Part shown: positions 12,573 through 24,670 of the stretch, in pieces
How the letters are laid out: every line of letters starts with the position of its first letter
Numbering within the stretch: position 1 is the stretch's first letter
Assembly: GCA_032718475.1 (NCBI GenBank)
Contig: JAUCBJ010006305.1
Coordinates: 1-64,000, forward strand
Direction: 5' to 3'
From: Nemertoderma westbladi
Lineage: Eukaryota > Animalia > Xenacoelomorpha
DNA length: 64,000 bases
Notes under the pieces: generated by a model
Database searches by the model: none
What the model saw: the letters and a program-made list of their open reading frames with translations, nothing else
What the model was told of the DNA's origin: nothing
Made by a program: the position numbers and the translations under genes

Positions 12573-14555
12573 GTTCCTGTATACCCTCAAAACAGGAAAA
12601 GGGCCCCCTGGACTGACAACAAAATTCAAAAGTGCCGAAATGACCTTCATAAGGCGCAGAAAGAGTCCCGACTCAAACAGACTACAGCGGCCAAGAATGC
12701 AGTTAAGGCTGCATCTAGGTCCCTGAACAGGCAGTACTCTGTTAATCTACAGGAGCTAATAAACCAACAGGTTGATGCCATCAATGATGCTGACGACAAC
12801 AGGCAATCATCCCAGGCATGGAAATCGATCAATCTGCTTACTGGGCGGAAAAGCCAACCAACCACCAAGGTTAAGGCTGAATCACCAGCCGATCGCCTCA
12901 ATGGTTGGAAAGCCCACTTTGAAAAGCTCCTCAATAATGACAGGGTATTGCCTGATAACTTTATAGAAGTAAAGGTGTCTGAGTCTGTACTCCCAGATAT
13001 TCCCATTGGCGATATCTCCTTTGCAGAAGTGAAGGCTGCTGCAAAGACCAATCGTGCCAGTGGAGTAGATGGTGTTCCCCCTGAGGTCTTTAAAATACCT
13101 GAGTGTTTAAAGCTCATCTATCCCATCATAGTAGACATGTACCGTACAACAAGAGTCCCACAAGAAATGAAAACAAATAAGTTGGTGCCAGTTCCCAAGA
13201 AGGGCAACCTAACACTCTATGGTTCTTTTCGGGGAATCTCATTGATCTCGATTGCTGCAAAGCTATACAATAGGATTCTATTAAATCGCATCAGGGATCC
13301 CATTGAGAGACTGCTCCGTGGAAATCAGAATGGGTTCCGTAAAGGTCGTGGGACCATGGAGCCCATTTTGGCTCTTAGAAGGATAATTGAAGAATTATCA
13401 AAAAAGAAAGACAGGCATCTGGCTGTTATCTTTGTTGACTTCTTCAAGGCCTTTGATTCAGTCTCTCGCTCACGTATGTTCAGCATACTTTCATTATATG
13501 GGATTCCTGATGAAATTATTGCAGCAATCAGATCAGTATACGATGGTTCGACAACATTTGTGTCTACTGTTGACGGTGACACAGAACCATTTGAAGTGTT
13601 ATGGGGCGTCCTCCAAGGAGACACACTTGCGCCATTCTTGTTCATTATTGTGGTTGACTATGTTCTACGCATGTCCTTAGATCATCATAATGATGATGGG
13701 GTGATGATAACTCCACCTACTGGCTCCAGAAGTCGAGGAAATCCTGCCAAGTACCTAACTGATCTAGACTTTGCTGATGACTTAGGGTTAGGAGTACTCT
13801 CAGAATCATTAGAGGGAGCCCAACGGCTCCTCAGCTCATTAGAACATGCTGCTTCTAGTGTTGGTCTTTTTATTAACTCCAGAAAGACCAAAATTCTGAC
13901 AGTTAACTTTGAAAGTCCTCAGCAAGTCTCTGATCGGATGAGCATAAGCTCAAAGGATGGTATGCTTGAGCATGTGGACGACTTCTGTTACCTGGGATCA
14001 TGGATCCGGAAGTCAGGTGAGGACCTTCGAATACGTAAGGGAAAGGCATGGGCAGCCTTGAATAGGCTTTCCAGGATTTGGAAGTCACCGAGAATTAATC
14101 GGAAACTTAAGGTCCGATTATTTAGAGCAGCAGTAGTTCCAGTACTCCTCTACGGGAGTCCATGCTGGGCTCTAACTGCTGAGGACACCAAATCTCTGGA
14201 TGGCACATTCACAAGAATGCTACGCCGGGTTCATTGTGTCAAGTACAATGCACACATCTCCAACCAGACACTATATAACATTGGAGGTGTCTCATTGGTT
14301 CCCCCAAGCTTGACACTAGAACAAAATCGCCTCCGCTTTGCAGGACATTGCTTTCGCCGTGAGGACCAGCCAGTGCATAATCTTGTACCTTGGCAGCCTC
14401 ATGGAGTGAATAAGCATGGTGGACAGCCCATGACTTTCTTGAGACGCATCTTAAAGGACACTGGCCTTAAAGATGCGGATGATCTAGTTAATGTCATGGG
14501 GGATAGGGAGTTGTGGCGGTGCAATTTTGTTGACAAGCCGGCACAGCATTCTTAA
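12573..14555 (+). CDS. Reverse transcriptase ORF of the RTE element (endonuclease region lost to truncation)
   Basis: The frame of the 12948..14555 ORF stays open back to the element start at 12573 (VPVYPQNRKRAPW...QAWKSINLLTGR). No stops in the RT domain. Confidence 0.85.
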   Translation, partial: VPVYPQNRKRAPWTDNKIQKCRNDLHKAQKESRLKQTTAAKNAVKAASRSLNRQYSVNLQELINQQVDAINDADDNRQSSQAWKSINLLTGRKSQPTTKVKAESPADRLNGWKAHFEKLLNNDRVLPDNFIEVKVSESVLPDIPIGDISFAEVKAAAKTNRASGVDGVPPEVFKIPECLKLIYPIIVDMYRTTRVPQEMKTNKLVPVPKKGNLTLYGSFRGISLISIAAKLYNRILLNRIRDPIERLLRGNQNGFRKGRGTMEPILALRRIIEELSKKKDRHLAVIFVDFFKAFDSVSRSRMFSILSLYGIPDEIIAAIRSVYDGSTTFVSTVDGDTEPFEVLWGVLQGDTLAPFLFIIVVDYVLRMSLDHHNDDGVMITPPTGSRSRGNPAKYLTDLDFADDLGLGVLSESLEGAQRLLSSLEHAASSVGLFINSRKTKILTVNFESPQQVSDRMSISSKDGMLEHVDDFCYLGSWIRKSGEDLRIRKGKAWAALNRLSRIWKSPRINRKLKVRLFRAAVVPVLLYGSPCWALTAEDTKSLDGTFTRMLRRVHCVKYNAHISNQTLYNIGGVSLVPPSLTLEQNRLRFAGHCFRREDQPVHNLVPWQPHGVNKHGGQPMTFLRRILKDTGLKDADDLVNVMGDRELWRCNFVDKPAQHS

Positions 14556-14598
14556 AAATGCAGCTGCAATGCAGCATGCCGATCCTAGTAGTAGTAGT
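12573..14598 (+). mobile_element. RTE-clade non-LTR retrotransposon, 5'-truncated, (TAG)n tail, 11-bp TSD
   Basis: TSD atcgtaccgca at 12562-12572 and 14599-14609. Short 3' UTR ending cctagtagtagtagt. RT motifs FRGISL, QNGFRKGR, FVDFFKAFDSV, GVLQGDTLAPFLF, DFADD, and an RTE-type C-terminus RLRFAGHC. Confidence 0.93.
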
Positions 14599-14658
14599 AT
14601 CGTACCGCAATATTTTTCAACAGATAGGAAGATCAACTTTGATAATAAACGGAAATGC

Positions 14659-14935
14659 GTATACGGACATTTCGTCCCAGACTTTTCGTCCCGGACTTTT
14701 CGTCCCGGACTTTTCATCCCGGACTTTTCGTCCCTGACTTTTCGTCCCGGATATTTCGTCCCTGGACTTTTCGTCCCGGACATTTCGTCCCTGGACTTTT
14801 CGTCCCGGACTGTTCGTCCTGGACATTTTGTCCCCGGACTTTTTGCCCCCGGACTTTTCGTCCCCGGACTTTTTGTCCCCAGACTTTTCATCCCGGAGTT
14901 TTTGTCCCGGGCCTTTCGTCCCGGACTTTTCGTTT
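14659..14935 (+). repeat. 14-15 bp minisatellite (ggacttttcgtccc), possibly a DNA-transposon subterminal array
   Basis: About 18 tandem units following cgtatacggacatttcgtccc. Confidence 0.85.
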
Positions 14936-15874
14936 TAGGATCAATTTTTCAATGTTTTCAGGGATACTCATTTTAATGCAATATAAACCAAATCGCTCAT
15001 TTAACCGAAGTGAAACTTATAAATTAGACACAGGTCTTGTCAGATAGGCCTACCCCTTCAACCGATTCCCACGTACCTTTATTCGATTCAATCTCGTCAT
15101 ATTTTGTAAATATTGCTTGATATCTGTATATCATATATATATTAATTATATACTAGAAAGCCAGCAAGCTGGCTGGAAGGAGCCCGGGGGAAGAATCCTA
15201 TTTACAAGACTATTACAAATAAACCTTGTTGGTCAGCAGTAAGTAAACTAAACAATTGTCTAAACTGTAAGGAGTGAGGCTAGCTGACTTTGTGGCTCGT
15301 CCCACATAATAAAAAATGAAACACTAACAACGCTATGACAACACTAACACACCCAGTTCTTTTAAATTTGTGTTATTTGAGTTTTATGCTCGCACCACTA
15401 TTTCTAAGAAATGTAAAAAAACTTATCTTACAGTATGCCAATGTAGTAATGGTATTAAAATATAATTAAATTAATTTACACTATTAATGCTTCAGCTAAA
15501 AAAATGATGCTAATCCTATGTAATAAAAACAATAAGAATATTATTATTAAGAACTTTCGACATATATCCTATACAAAATAATCAGCCCAATGATTCGTGG
15601 AATAATAATATAATCCTACTGCAGTGGTATATTTTATTATGTTTATTGACAACTCAACTATTTTCTGTCTATCCCTGAGAGCTGATAAAGGATGTGTAGA
15701 CTCAGCCAGCAACCAGCAGCTGGAGGGGTGTAGTCAAGAAATTCTGCATTGATGGAATTCTATCTCAGGCAGCCCTGCACTCAACCATTACTACACAGCT
15801 AGCTGCTGCAACAGCTCACGGAGGAGTTGTTATTACTTTACCATTGCTTTTAATTTCGTGACGAAATATATCGA

Positions 15875-16283
15875 ATACCACACATAGAATCGATCTGATA
15901 TTTTGTAACGCGATTATGAACCACCAAAGCAATTTACTTTTAAAATTTCAACAAAATCGCCAGGCAGGAAGTGCCTGAACCTTGATAATTATCAGTCAGT
16001 CAGTCAGAGTTATATATCCTGAGATTTTTACAGTAAGTATCCCGCCTGTCGAGCGGGCTCCTAATAATACTAATTAGGAGCCCGCTCGACAGGCGGGATA
16101 CTTACTGTAAAAATCTGCGGGATACTTACTGTAAAAATCTCAGGATATATAACACTGACTGACTGATAATTATCTAGGTTCAGGCACTTCCTGCCTGGCG
16201 ATTTTGTTGAAATTTTACAAGTAAATTGCTTTGGTGGTTCATAATTGCGTTACAAAATATCAGATCAATTCAATGTGTGGTAT
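15875..16283. repeat. Long near-perfect palindrome (about 190-bp arms), MITE/foldback-like
   Basis: ataccacacatagaatcgatctgatattttg... is mirrored by ...caaaatatcagatcaattcaatgtgtggtat. Centre is ctcctaat-aatacta-attaggag. The right arm has an extra 24-bp tandem duplication. Confidence 0.9.
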
Positions 16284-16978
16284 ATACTGGCGAACTTAGA
16301 TCCTACAGTAGGTGAACTTCTGGTAAATTTAGACTTTGGCGAACATAGATCCTGGGATAAACATAGATCCAAAGCGAACCTAAATCGATGGGAAGAAATT
16401 AGATCAAAGGCAAACTTAGAGACATGAGATATTTGTTGAACTGATTAGCGCTACTGATGGACGCCTTTTTCCATTTCTGAACAAAAAACATATGAAAACA
16501 TTAATTATTCGTGGTAGCATAATATTTTCATAATACGATATCCCTCCCTGCCTCCCGGACTAAGAACATCACTTAAAATATATTACTGTTTGAGACATAC
16601 AGTAATATATTTTAAGTGATGTTATGTAAGCAGCTACGTTGCTGTTGCTGTTTGGTTGTTTTGTTTGTACTAATTTTATATATTTTCATTCAAAAATATC
16701 ACATACAGTATTATAAGTAACTGTAACATTAATGAAATTAGTGGAAAGACATACTATTTTTTATGGATTAGGTGTATTATTAGAAACAATAAGAATATAA
16801 GAAACAAGAAAAATATTTGTATATTTCGTCGATCGACTTTGCCCAAATACTTCTACTAAACGACTTGGTTTTGGAAATTTGAGGGATCTATCACATTTTA
16901 TATATATATCACTTTCTGCTTTTTGAGACAGGGGTGGGGGGGGGGGGGGTGGGTGTGCTCAAGCAAATTCCATCTGGT

Positions 16979-17194
16979 TGAGTACAAAACGAAGATCAAA
17001 GACTCAAGACCTGTACAAAACAAAGAGGTAAAGTCGCGTTAGGTTCTAAAGAGCGCTAGGTTCCATTGCCATTTAAAGGAGCAGGTTAGGAAAGGAGCAG
17101 TTTAAAGGCGTGTTGGGGGGAACCAAAATACTAAACGAAAGTTAACACATGTGTTTGTACAGGACTTGAGTCTTTGGTCTTTGTTTTGTACTCA
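16979..17194. mobile_element. MITE-like element with about 42-bp imperfect TIRs
   Basis: tgagtacaaaacgaagatcaaagactcaagacctgtacaaa versus tttgtacaggacttgagtctttggtctttgttttgtactca. Confidence 0.65.
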
Positions 17195-17357
17195 CCCTCA
17201 TAAAAACATTATAACATAAAATATCATGAAAATGTAAGAAGAAAAATTGGACCGGGATTTAGATTTAGTCATTTAATTTTTGGGACCGCGAGTTTATGGA
17301 TCGGATTTTTGGAACTATTCGGACGTGGTTTTAGTAATTTTTACGTGGAACGGGCAA

Positions 17358-18371
17358 AAATTTACAAACCAGGTACAGTCTCGAAACTGGCAACGCAATT
17401 CAACCTAAAGTAAGAACCAATCAGAGAGCAGCAGATAATAAATAAGTAGTGCTGATACGGTATGGGGTTTGGGAATACACCACTTCCAAACCCTATGCGA
17501 TGTCGGCACTTTAATAAATAAATAAATTGAGATTGAGCTGTGAATGCAAATGTAATTAGTGGGAATATTGCCCTCGGCACATGGCATATGTTATGATGAG
17601 AGACAATAGTGGTGCATTACCGTGGTGCTTAATTCATGTTTTTTTACCTTTATCATAAAGTAGAAGCGGATATTCAAGAACAGTGACTGTGAGTAGAACT
17701 TATCGTCAGATATTAATTAATTAAACCATCCCCATTTATTTACAGTAATAAACCTTGTGTAATGCGATTCATATATCCATATGAATATAATGTTTATAAT
17801 TCAAATATAATATATGATCTCAATGCGTCTATTCTGCATTTCCAACCGATTTTTGCTTTAGTGTAAATAGTAAATGTTCTGGCGAAATTCCATCATACCA
17901 TACAATCTAACAATGACCCTGTCGCAAAGTGTCAAAAATGTAGGCTGTATAGAAAATTAATCCTGATAATATTTATTATACCTGTGTTCAAGGTAATTAA
18001 TAACAATTTTAATAGAATTTAACAATAATATGAAAAGTAAATAAATTTATTATAAAAAACCCTCTTCATTATTATTATGTATTTATATTTCCTGCTGATC
18101 TACACTCCAATTCGTGTTTCATTCTGCACGGCACGCCCATTGCGACTTGTCCACATACATCCCCCAAAGTACTTCTTTATTTTTATCTTATCTATTTTCC
18201 ATTTAATAAGTGCTGACATCGCCTGGAGTTTGTAACATTTAAGTGGTATATTCCCAAGCCACATACGGTCTCAGCACTGAGTTCCTTATCACAACTGCTG
18301 ATCTCTGATTGGTTCTTAATTCAGGTTGAATTACAATGCCAGTGCCTAGACTATTTGGGGTTTATAAATTT
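17358..18371. mobile_element. Non-autonomous DNA element with about 165-bp diverged inverted arms
   Basis: 17358-17520 (aattcaacctaaagtaagaaccaatcagagagcagcag...gggaatacaccactt...cgatgtcggcact) is the reverse complement of 18200-18371. Confidence 0.7.
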
Positions 18372-19894
18372 GCGACCGGGTTTTAGGTTCAGTGGAGTGG
18401 ACCGAGACCGGGACCGTCCCGGGTTTTAGACAGTCCCCTATTGTAACCTGCGAGGCCCACGAGAAGAGAACCGTGAAAAAGTCAGTAAGTGGTGTGCTGT
18501 GCAGTGTGCACCAAATTAATTATTCCCAATACTTACAGTACAGTAGGTACCGCTACCGGCATGACCGGTATTCCAGTATTCAGGTATTGTCGTAGTAGCA
18601 GAGTAGTCTGGTCTGGTATTGACTGGTCAAATTATGTCATGTATTTTTCTAGAAAAGGCAGTTTTTTTTCACTGTAATAGGCCTGATACAATAATATCTA
18701 AACTAATCGTTGACGTTCCATTCCATCCAACAGTCCAAAGTGGACATTGTGTGTGATAGGCCTATTTTAAATGCTGAAATGCTTTTAATTCGCAACCGCT
18801 GAACGGACTGACAGTGGACAGAATAGTCAAACACAACACGACGTGTTTGAGAAGGAATAAACTTTAAACTACATGTTTCATTGAAACACTCAAGGCAAAA
18901 TAATAAGTCCATATAGACCTACAATAATATTGACGAAGTTTCAGTCAACTCTCAACTGTACACTATACTTATGTAATTAAGAATCAATCATCTGGACCGC
19001 AGTCCATAACCAAATAATATATCTTTAGTTCATGACAGCCAGCACGGGGACGAGATGCAATTAGCTTTTGCCATTCTACTGTAACCAATTTTATCACTGT
19101 AGCAAAGTAAAGTAAATATTAATTAGAACAGTTTATCTTCTGATTTAATTTAATGTCAATTACGCCTCTCCATACTAGAGTATTATAAATACAACAATTA
19201 TATTATTGGAGCAGCGTACAGTATATAATAGAACTTAGTAACTTAGTTATAGTAACTAACAGTCATTCAGCTTGCACGCAACTATAGCAGATGAGTAACG
19301 TTGTAGATATTCCCAAAGGAAGCACTGGGAAGAGTTATTCAGCTGAGGGGTAATACTTTTCAATCTAACACGGTTAATGTTTTGTTTGCTTACAGTCTGG
19401 GAAGAACGAGTGCGGGTAAACTTGGCACAAAAAGTACTTTCTTGGTAGTTGTTGCGGGCACTCCCTATTTGAATAGTGAATAGCATTACTAGGCCCTCTC
19501 TATCCATTTTTCATGTGCTCCAGCTGGTGTTTTATCATAGCGCCTATGGCGTTTTTTCGATTATGTCTATTTTTCGAGCCCACATTCTATGGAAAGACAT
19601 GGGACCAGAGGGAATCGATACTGGTCATCAAAACATTGCGTCATGCAAAATTTTAACGAAATCGTTAGAGTCGTTTTTATGTTATTTCGCTCCAAAATAT
19701 TACTACTATTATTATTACATCAAATTCTTACAGAAAGTAACCTTCGGTTCCTTTATACAGATACATGGAATTAATAACTACATACAGTACAGCTGTAGCA
19801 CAGGTCTGCAGATAGCAACTTACAGATGTAGGGGTAATCCTGTAATCTTTCTAGGGCAGTAGGGGCACTCAGTAACAGGAACCTGGAACAGCCG

Positions 19895-19972
19895 GGGTTT
19901 GACTTTACTGCGTATACGTAGGCCTACGCGTAGCTACGCGTAGGCCTACGTATACGCAGTAAAGTCAAACCC
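19895..19972. mobile_element. 78-bp perfect palindrome flanked by a 9-bp direct repeat (Mutator-like mini-MITE)
   Basis: gggtttgactttactgcgtatacgtaggcctacgcgtag|ctacgcgtaggcctacgtatacgcagtaaagtcaaaccc; gaacagccg at 19886-19894 and 19973-19981. Confidence 0.85.
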
Positions 19973-20016
19973 GAACAGCCGGGCCAATCCCACTTTGTTG
20001 ACTCCAGTACAGCAGT

Positions 20017-20580
20017 ATGACGTGCGAAGATTTTTGGGTGTTTGGTTATGGTTCTCTCATCTGGAAAACGGATTTTCCCTATAGTGAAAAACTCATTGGC
20101 CATATCAAAGGCTACTTTAGGCGGTTTTGGCAAGCGAGTACGGACCACCGGGGTACCCCAGACTACCCTGGGAGAGTCGTCACGCTGGTACCGGCCTCCC
20201 TGTTCCCCGATGAGATCGACGTGAGAACGTTGGGGGTCGCTTACCGGATTCCTTCCGGCCAAATAGATAAAGTTGTGCAATATTTAGATTATAGGGAGAA
20301 AGGAGGCTATGATAAGTGCCGCGTGAGTTTTTACCCTAAGGAGAGTATCCTGGATCCTTTCGATGTGGTTGTTTACATTGGGAAAGAAGACAACCCAATG
20401 TACATGGGTGGTAGCGAATCCGTTGAAACTATAGCTGAAACTATAGTAAAAGCTGAAGGACCAAGTGGAAAGAACATTGATTACTTCTTTGAGTTAGCTG
20501 AAGCTTTAGAGATTTTGGAGCCTTCTGATATGGACCCGGAAATGAGTCGTCTTAAGAATTTAATAAATAAGTACCGGTAA
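20017..20580 (+). CDS. CHAC2: ChaC-family glutathione-specific gamma-glutamylcyclotransferase (CHAC2-like), intronless
   Basis: Motifs WVFGYGSLIWK, RRFWQASTDHRGT..PGRVVTL, YLDYREKGGY (catalytic Glu) and GPSGKN; 187 aa with ATG and stop. The family call is firm; CHAC2 versus CHAC1 is judged only from length and motif. Confidence 0.93.
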   Translation: MTCEDFWVFGYGSLIWKTDFPYSEKLIGHIKGYFRRFWQASTDHRGTPDYPGRVVTLVPASLFPDEIDVRTLGVAYRIPSGQIDKVVQYLDYREKGGYDKCRVSFYPKESILDPFDVVVYIGKEDNPMYMGGSESVETIAETIVKAEGPSGKNIDYFFELAEALEILEPSDMDPEMSRLKNLINKYR

Positions 20581-22694
20581 ATTATGATCCGTTTTATCAG
20601 GACATGTTTGCATTAACTCTATAAATGTTTGACATTGAATAATACCGGTAAATATAAATTTGACAGTCATTTTTGACTTCCGTTTTTACTTTTTAGGTCA
20701 GTTTTTTTTACTCCTGTCCGTTTAATTTTACAGTCATTTTATTATTGTAGAAACAATCTGGATCTCATTACTCTTATTGTTGGATTATGCGTTAGGATTT
20801 TATCTTGTTAGTTGACGGTTTTTTTTTTTTTGACGGTTGACGGTGTTGGCGTAGGTTTCGATGTGGTTTTAGGTCTGAATTTATTGTTTGGTTAAAATGA
20901 CATAGTATGGTAAAATAACCCAATAATGGATAATCCCAATTCTTTATATCTATAAAATAGTCAAATATCAATAAACCGCTGTAATTAATTATGAATGGAG
21001 ACAGTAGTATGTTACGAGGTGTAACCTAACTAACTCAACCGTAACCATACCTAAACCTACCACGAAACAAAGACCTCGTGTTTTAAATAAACGGAAAATT
21101 AAAGTTATTTTTAAAAAATTTAATAACTTTGTTCAGTTTAGAAGTTAGTTAAAGTTAATTTGTTTTGTTCTGTTTGTTGTTAAGTTAATTTAGAGTATAG
21201 ATAGATAGACTATTGGACTATCAAAAACTATTGTAAAAGGCATTTGTGATTGGTTCTTTTTTCGAATGAGGTAATTTAGTAAATTATTAGTAACTTTGAT
21301 TAGTTATAATAAGAATTTGAGGTGGCCCTATCATCGACCTATTCATTTGTTCCACATCCCAAACGTAGCTAGCCTACTGCGTAGCATCCTAGTGTAAGAT
21401 ATCTCGACTAGCTGTTTGTTTAATTATTTGTTCACCGTATATATAATTAGTAGAAGTTACAAACTTCTTGTTATTCAATACTATTAATTTCAATTATTTG
21501 ATTTGATTCCATAATTTATCCGAGGAGAAAAATGGGAGAAAAATACTTTTACTATTTGTAGGATATGGTGATTACAAAGAGGACTAATAGGGCAGTTAGG
21601 CCTATATATATAATTTGTAATATCGATTTACGAAACTCTAATAAAGTTGCGCTTTTTAAGATTTCAGTTATTGTCTCAATTTTATACACTCTGTACAATC
21701 CTATAAAGTTGGATTAGAACTTGGAACTTGTAATTTTATTCTAAGTGGAATTAAATGTTATCCATCAAATTCCATTACTCTAATGTTAATATAGTTGATT
21801 ATATTTGTTCTGATTATTGATTGTTAGTTATACTATACTATACGCCTTGTTCTGCTTTTTCTTGCAGTTACCCATAATTCCTGTTTATCATTGACACACT
21901 GTTTCAACATAGAATTAGCTTCAGTATATAATGTAGGAGTAGGCCTATAGGTAAGCTGGTAAATACTGATACACCCATTTGAACTTTGTGTACCGGAAGC
22001 GGGCTTCACTGATGCTAAATTCTCACCTGCATTAATTCTCACCCGCCGTATAAAGTAATACCGGTACATTATAGTAACCAGTTTCTACGTTCCGAGTGAC
22101 ATATTATCACTCTGGGGGAGGGGGGGGCAAGTCTCATCTCCGTTAATTAATGTCACGCTTCAATGTTTAAAATCTTGGAACAGGTTACAATGGCACATTT
22201 TTCTAACCAAAACAATAAACTAAAGTCAATATAACAGGTTACAGTTTTATTTTTGGGAGTAATCAGCTGTTATTTGACCTGGAGAGAGGTGAAGTGTAGA
22301 CATTAAACGCCCTCTTCCAATAAACGCCCGGGCGTTTATTAATAGTGCGATGCAATGTCTAAATAAATGTCTGGTTGTCGCCGCGATTTTTTTCCTTTCT
22401 CGATTATATACAAAATTTATTTGCACAATAACTATTGCCCTAAATTTAATGATTTTATACTGAAAACCCCATATAAATAATATCGTAGCTTAAGTGTCAT
22501 AAAATGTCCTTAAGTCGATTTTTGTCGGGTTTTACTTTTTTTACAATTCCACACTTAAGACATGCTCTATCAGCTGGTGAAGTTTAACCAATGGGAAGTG
22601 ATGATTATATATATATATAATGCTACAGGCGTCAACCTGCCAATCACCACATCCTCTGAGGATGAGTCACGGCGGTTCTACCACGCACAACTAC

Positions 22695-22970
22695 CCGTTA
22701 GTGGTTAGTAGTAGACCTAGTGGTGGGGTGAGGGGGGGGGGGGGGGTGTTTAATGGTTAGTAGTAGAAGTATACGTAGATGTAGTGATAGATGGGGGGGG
22801 GGGGGGGGGGGGAGGAGGGGGGTAATTTAATGGTTAGTAGTAGACATAGTGATAGAGGGTGAGGGGTGGGGGTTATTAACAGTTAGTAGTATAGGGAAGG
22901 GGGGGGGGGGGGGGTGTTTTGTTTAACAGTTAGTAGTAGAATAGTGATAGGGAGTGGGGGTGTTTGTTAA
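22695..22970 (+). repeat. Degenerate G-rich tandem repeat (about 55-65 bp) with poly-G runs
   Basis: Recurring ttaatggttagtagtaga...gtgatag...g(n) units. Confidence 0.7.
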
Positions 22971-24429
22971 TATGACGCATGTTTTCTCTGATCGTAATGG
23001 TTGTTATCAGGTCAAATGTGTAACCTCTATCTCATATATTGCTCTCGTCATTATTGGTTTATTTTGTATAAGTCAGTGGGATAGTTGGTCTGTTGCCTGT
23101 GGGGGTTGACAGTATTTGATATTGATGACTTATATTCTGAAGGACTAATAATGCTGCCCGCCGTGTGGGGAATGGAGGGGAGGCTAATCCTAAGGTCGGT
23201 TATGAGTGTTTCATTAATAGTGTAGGAATGGGAGCATTGCGTGGTGGTTGGAAGGTCTGTAATTCGAGAGTCACTGGTGTTTGTTTATTATAGTCCATTA
23301 GCTGGAGTCATAAATCAACAGTTGACATGTTTATTCGTTTTAAAAAATTTCCCATAGATGTTGTTGGTTTGTTCTTGGTGAATATTCAATATAACAGGGG
23401 TATAAATTTATCTCCATAATTCTATCTTATAACAGAGGTATAAAATCGCGCTTTATCAATAAGATGATAGCAAATGGGGTATCTTTGGGTTGTTGATATC
23501 ATTATAAATGTAATGAAAAGGCAGTGGTGGTGTGACATTGATTTTTGATGTGGTATAGTGAGATGTATTGGTAATCTGTTAATTGGTAGGGGAATAGTGT
23601 TTAGATGGATTGTTTTGTTGTGTATTTAGGAGAGATATTGTCCGTTATCATTATAGGTATAGAACCTGTATTAAATAGTAATAGTATTTATTACTAACTA
23701 ATCCAATTTTATTCTGTTTTTCTGAAGTTGGGACGGTAGTTTGAGCGTTTTAGAGAAAAAAAGTGGAAGATTTAGTTGGAAATTTGTTAGTTGGGTAGTG
23801 CGCTATGCTGTATCTTACCCATAGGTGCCCAGCCCAACACCTACAGGGGGTATTTAAGGAATACCCTACCCTGGGTTAGATGTCTCTAGTGTTGCCACTA
23901 AAAGTTGCGGAACCCTATACCGCATGGAAATTAAAATCCCTGAAAGTAAAAAAATTTGGTAAAATGGGATGAAAGGGCCTGGAAATATGTAAATTAATGC
24001 AATTGAAATATTTCTGAAAAATATACATGAAAAAGAAGTAAATATCAGCCATATTAATTGCCAATTTGTTCGTTAGTTTATATCATGCTAGTTGAATTAC
24101 AATCCCAGTATTTGTCAGATTTGTACAGTACCAATTATACCTTAATTTTTAACATGCATGAGTATGTAAGAGTATGTATTGACACTCGCGAAATGATAGG
24201 TGAGCATTGCAATTAATTTAGTAAAAGTTTTGAACAATATGTACAGTATTCCATTAAGTGAGATTATGACTGATATTCTCAGTAAATCATGCATTCGTCT
24301 TGCAAGCTTACCGCTTTAGTTGTATGATTCAACTTATCCTGTTTTTTTTGTATTGGGTACAATCTTTCAGATCGTAGGTGTGGGTGGGTGTCGCGGTGTG
24401 GGGTAGGGTAGTGGGTTGGTGTATGTTGA

Positions 24430-24670
24430 TTTTATGTTCATTTTCGTCAGAGAGCGAGAGTGGGAGAGGTGATGAGTTGGGGCAGTTCCGCGGCAATAAT
24501 AATACTGCCTCTCAATAAAGAGACCCCCTTTACTGCTATCAGGGACGCGTTGTTCGACAGAGCCCCGTCAGCAAAAACAGCCAGTACCGCTAGTCGGTGG
24601 GGTTGACTTGTTGACGAGAGGCTATTTACAGGCGCATCGGTCAACCATTACTGACCGGAAGTGATGATTA
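24430..24670. promoter_or_regulatory. CpG-enriched patch with an ETS motif, candidate promoter of the AKAP7-like gene
   Basis: Local GC/CpG enrichment in an AT-rich context; accggaagtg near 24654-24663; about 0.8 kb upstream of the ATG at 25479. Confidence 0.25.

Noticed and set aside
14484-15047. Overlapping ORFs with TKSPG / FRPGLF repeats
   Set aside because: Translations of the 14-15 bp minisatellite.
23000-23800. Possible degraded retroelement or exon region
   Set aside because: No ORF or recognisable motif found on either strand.
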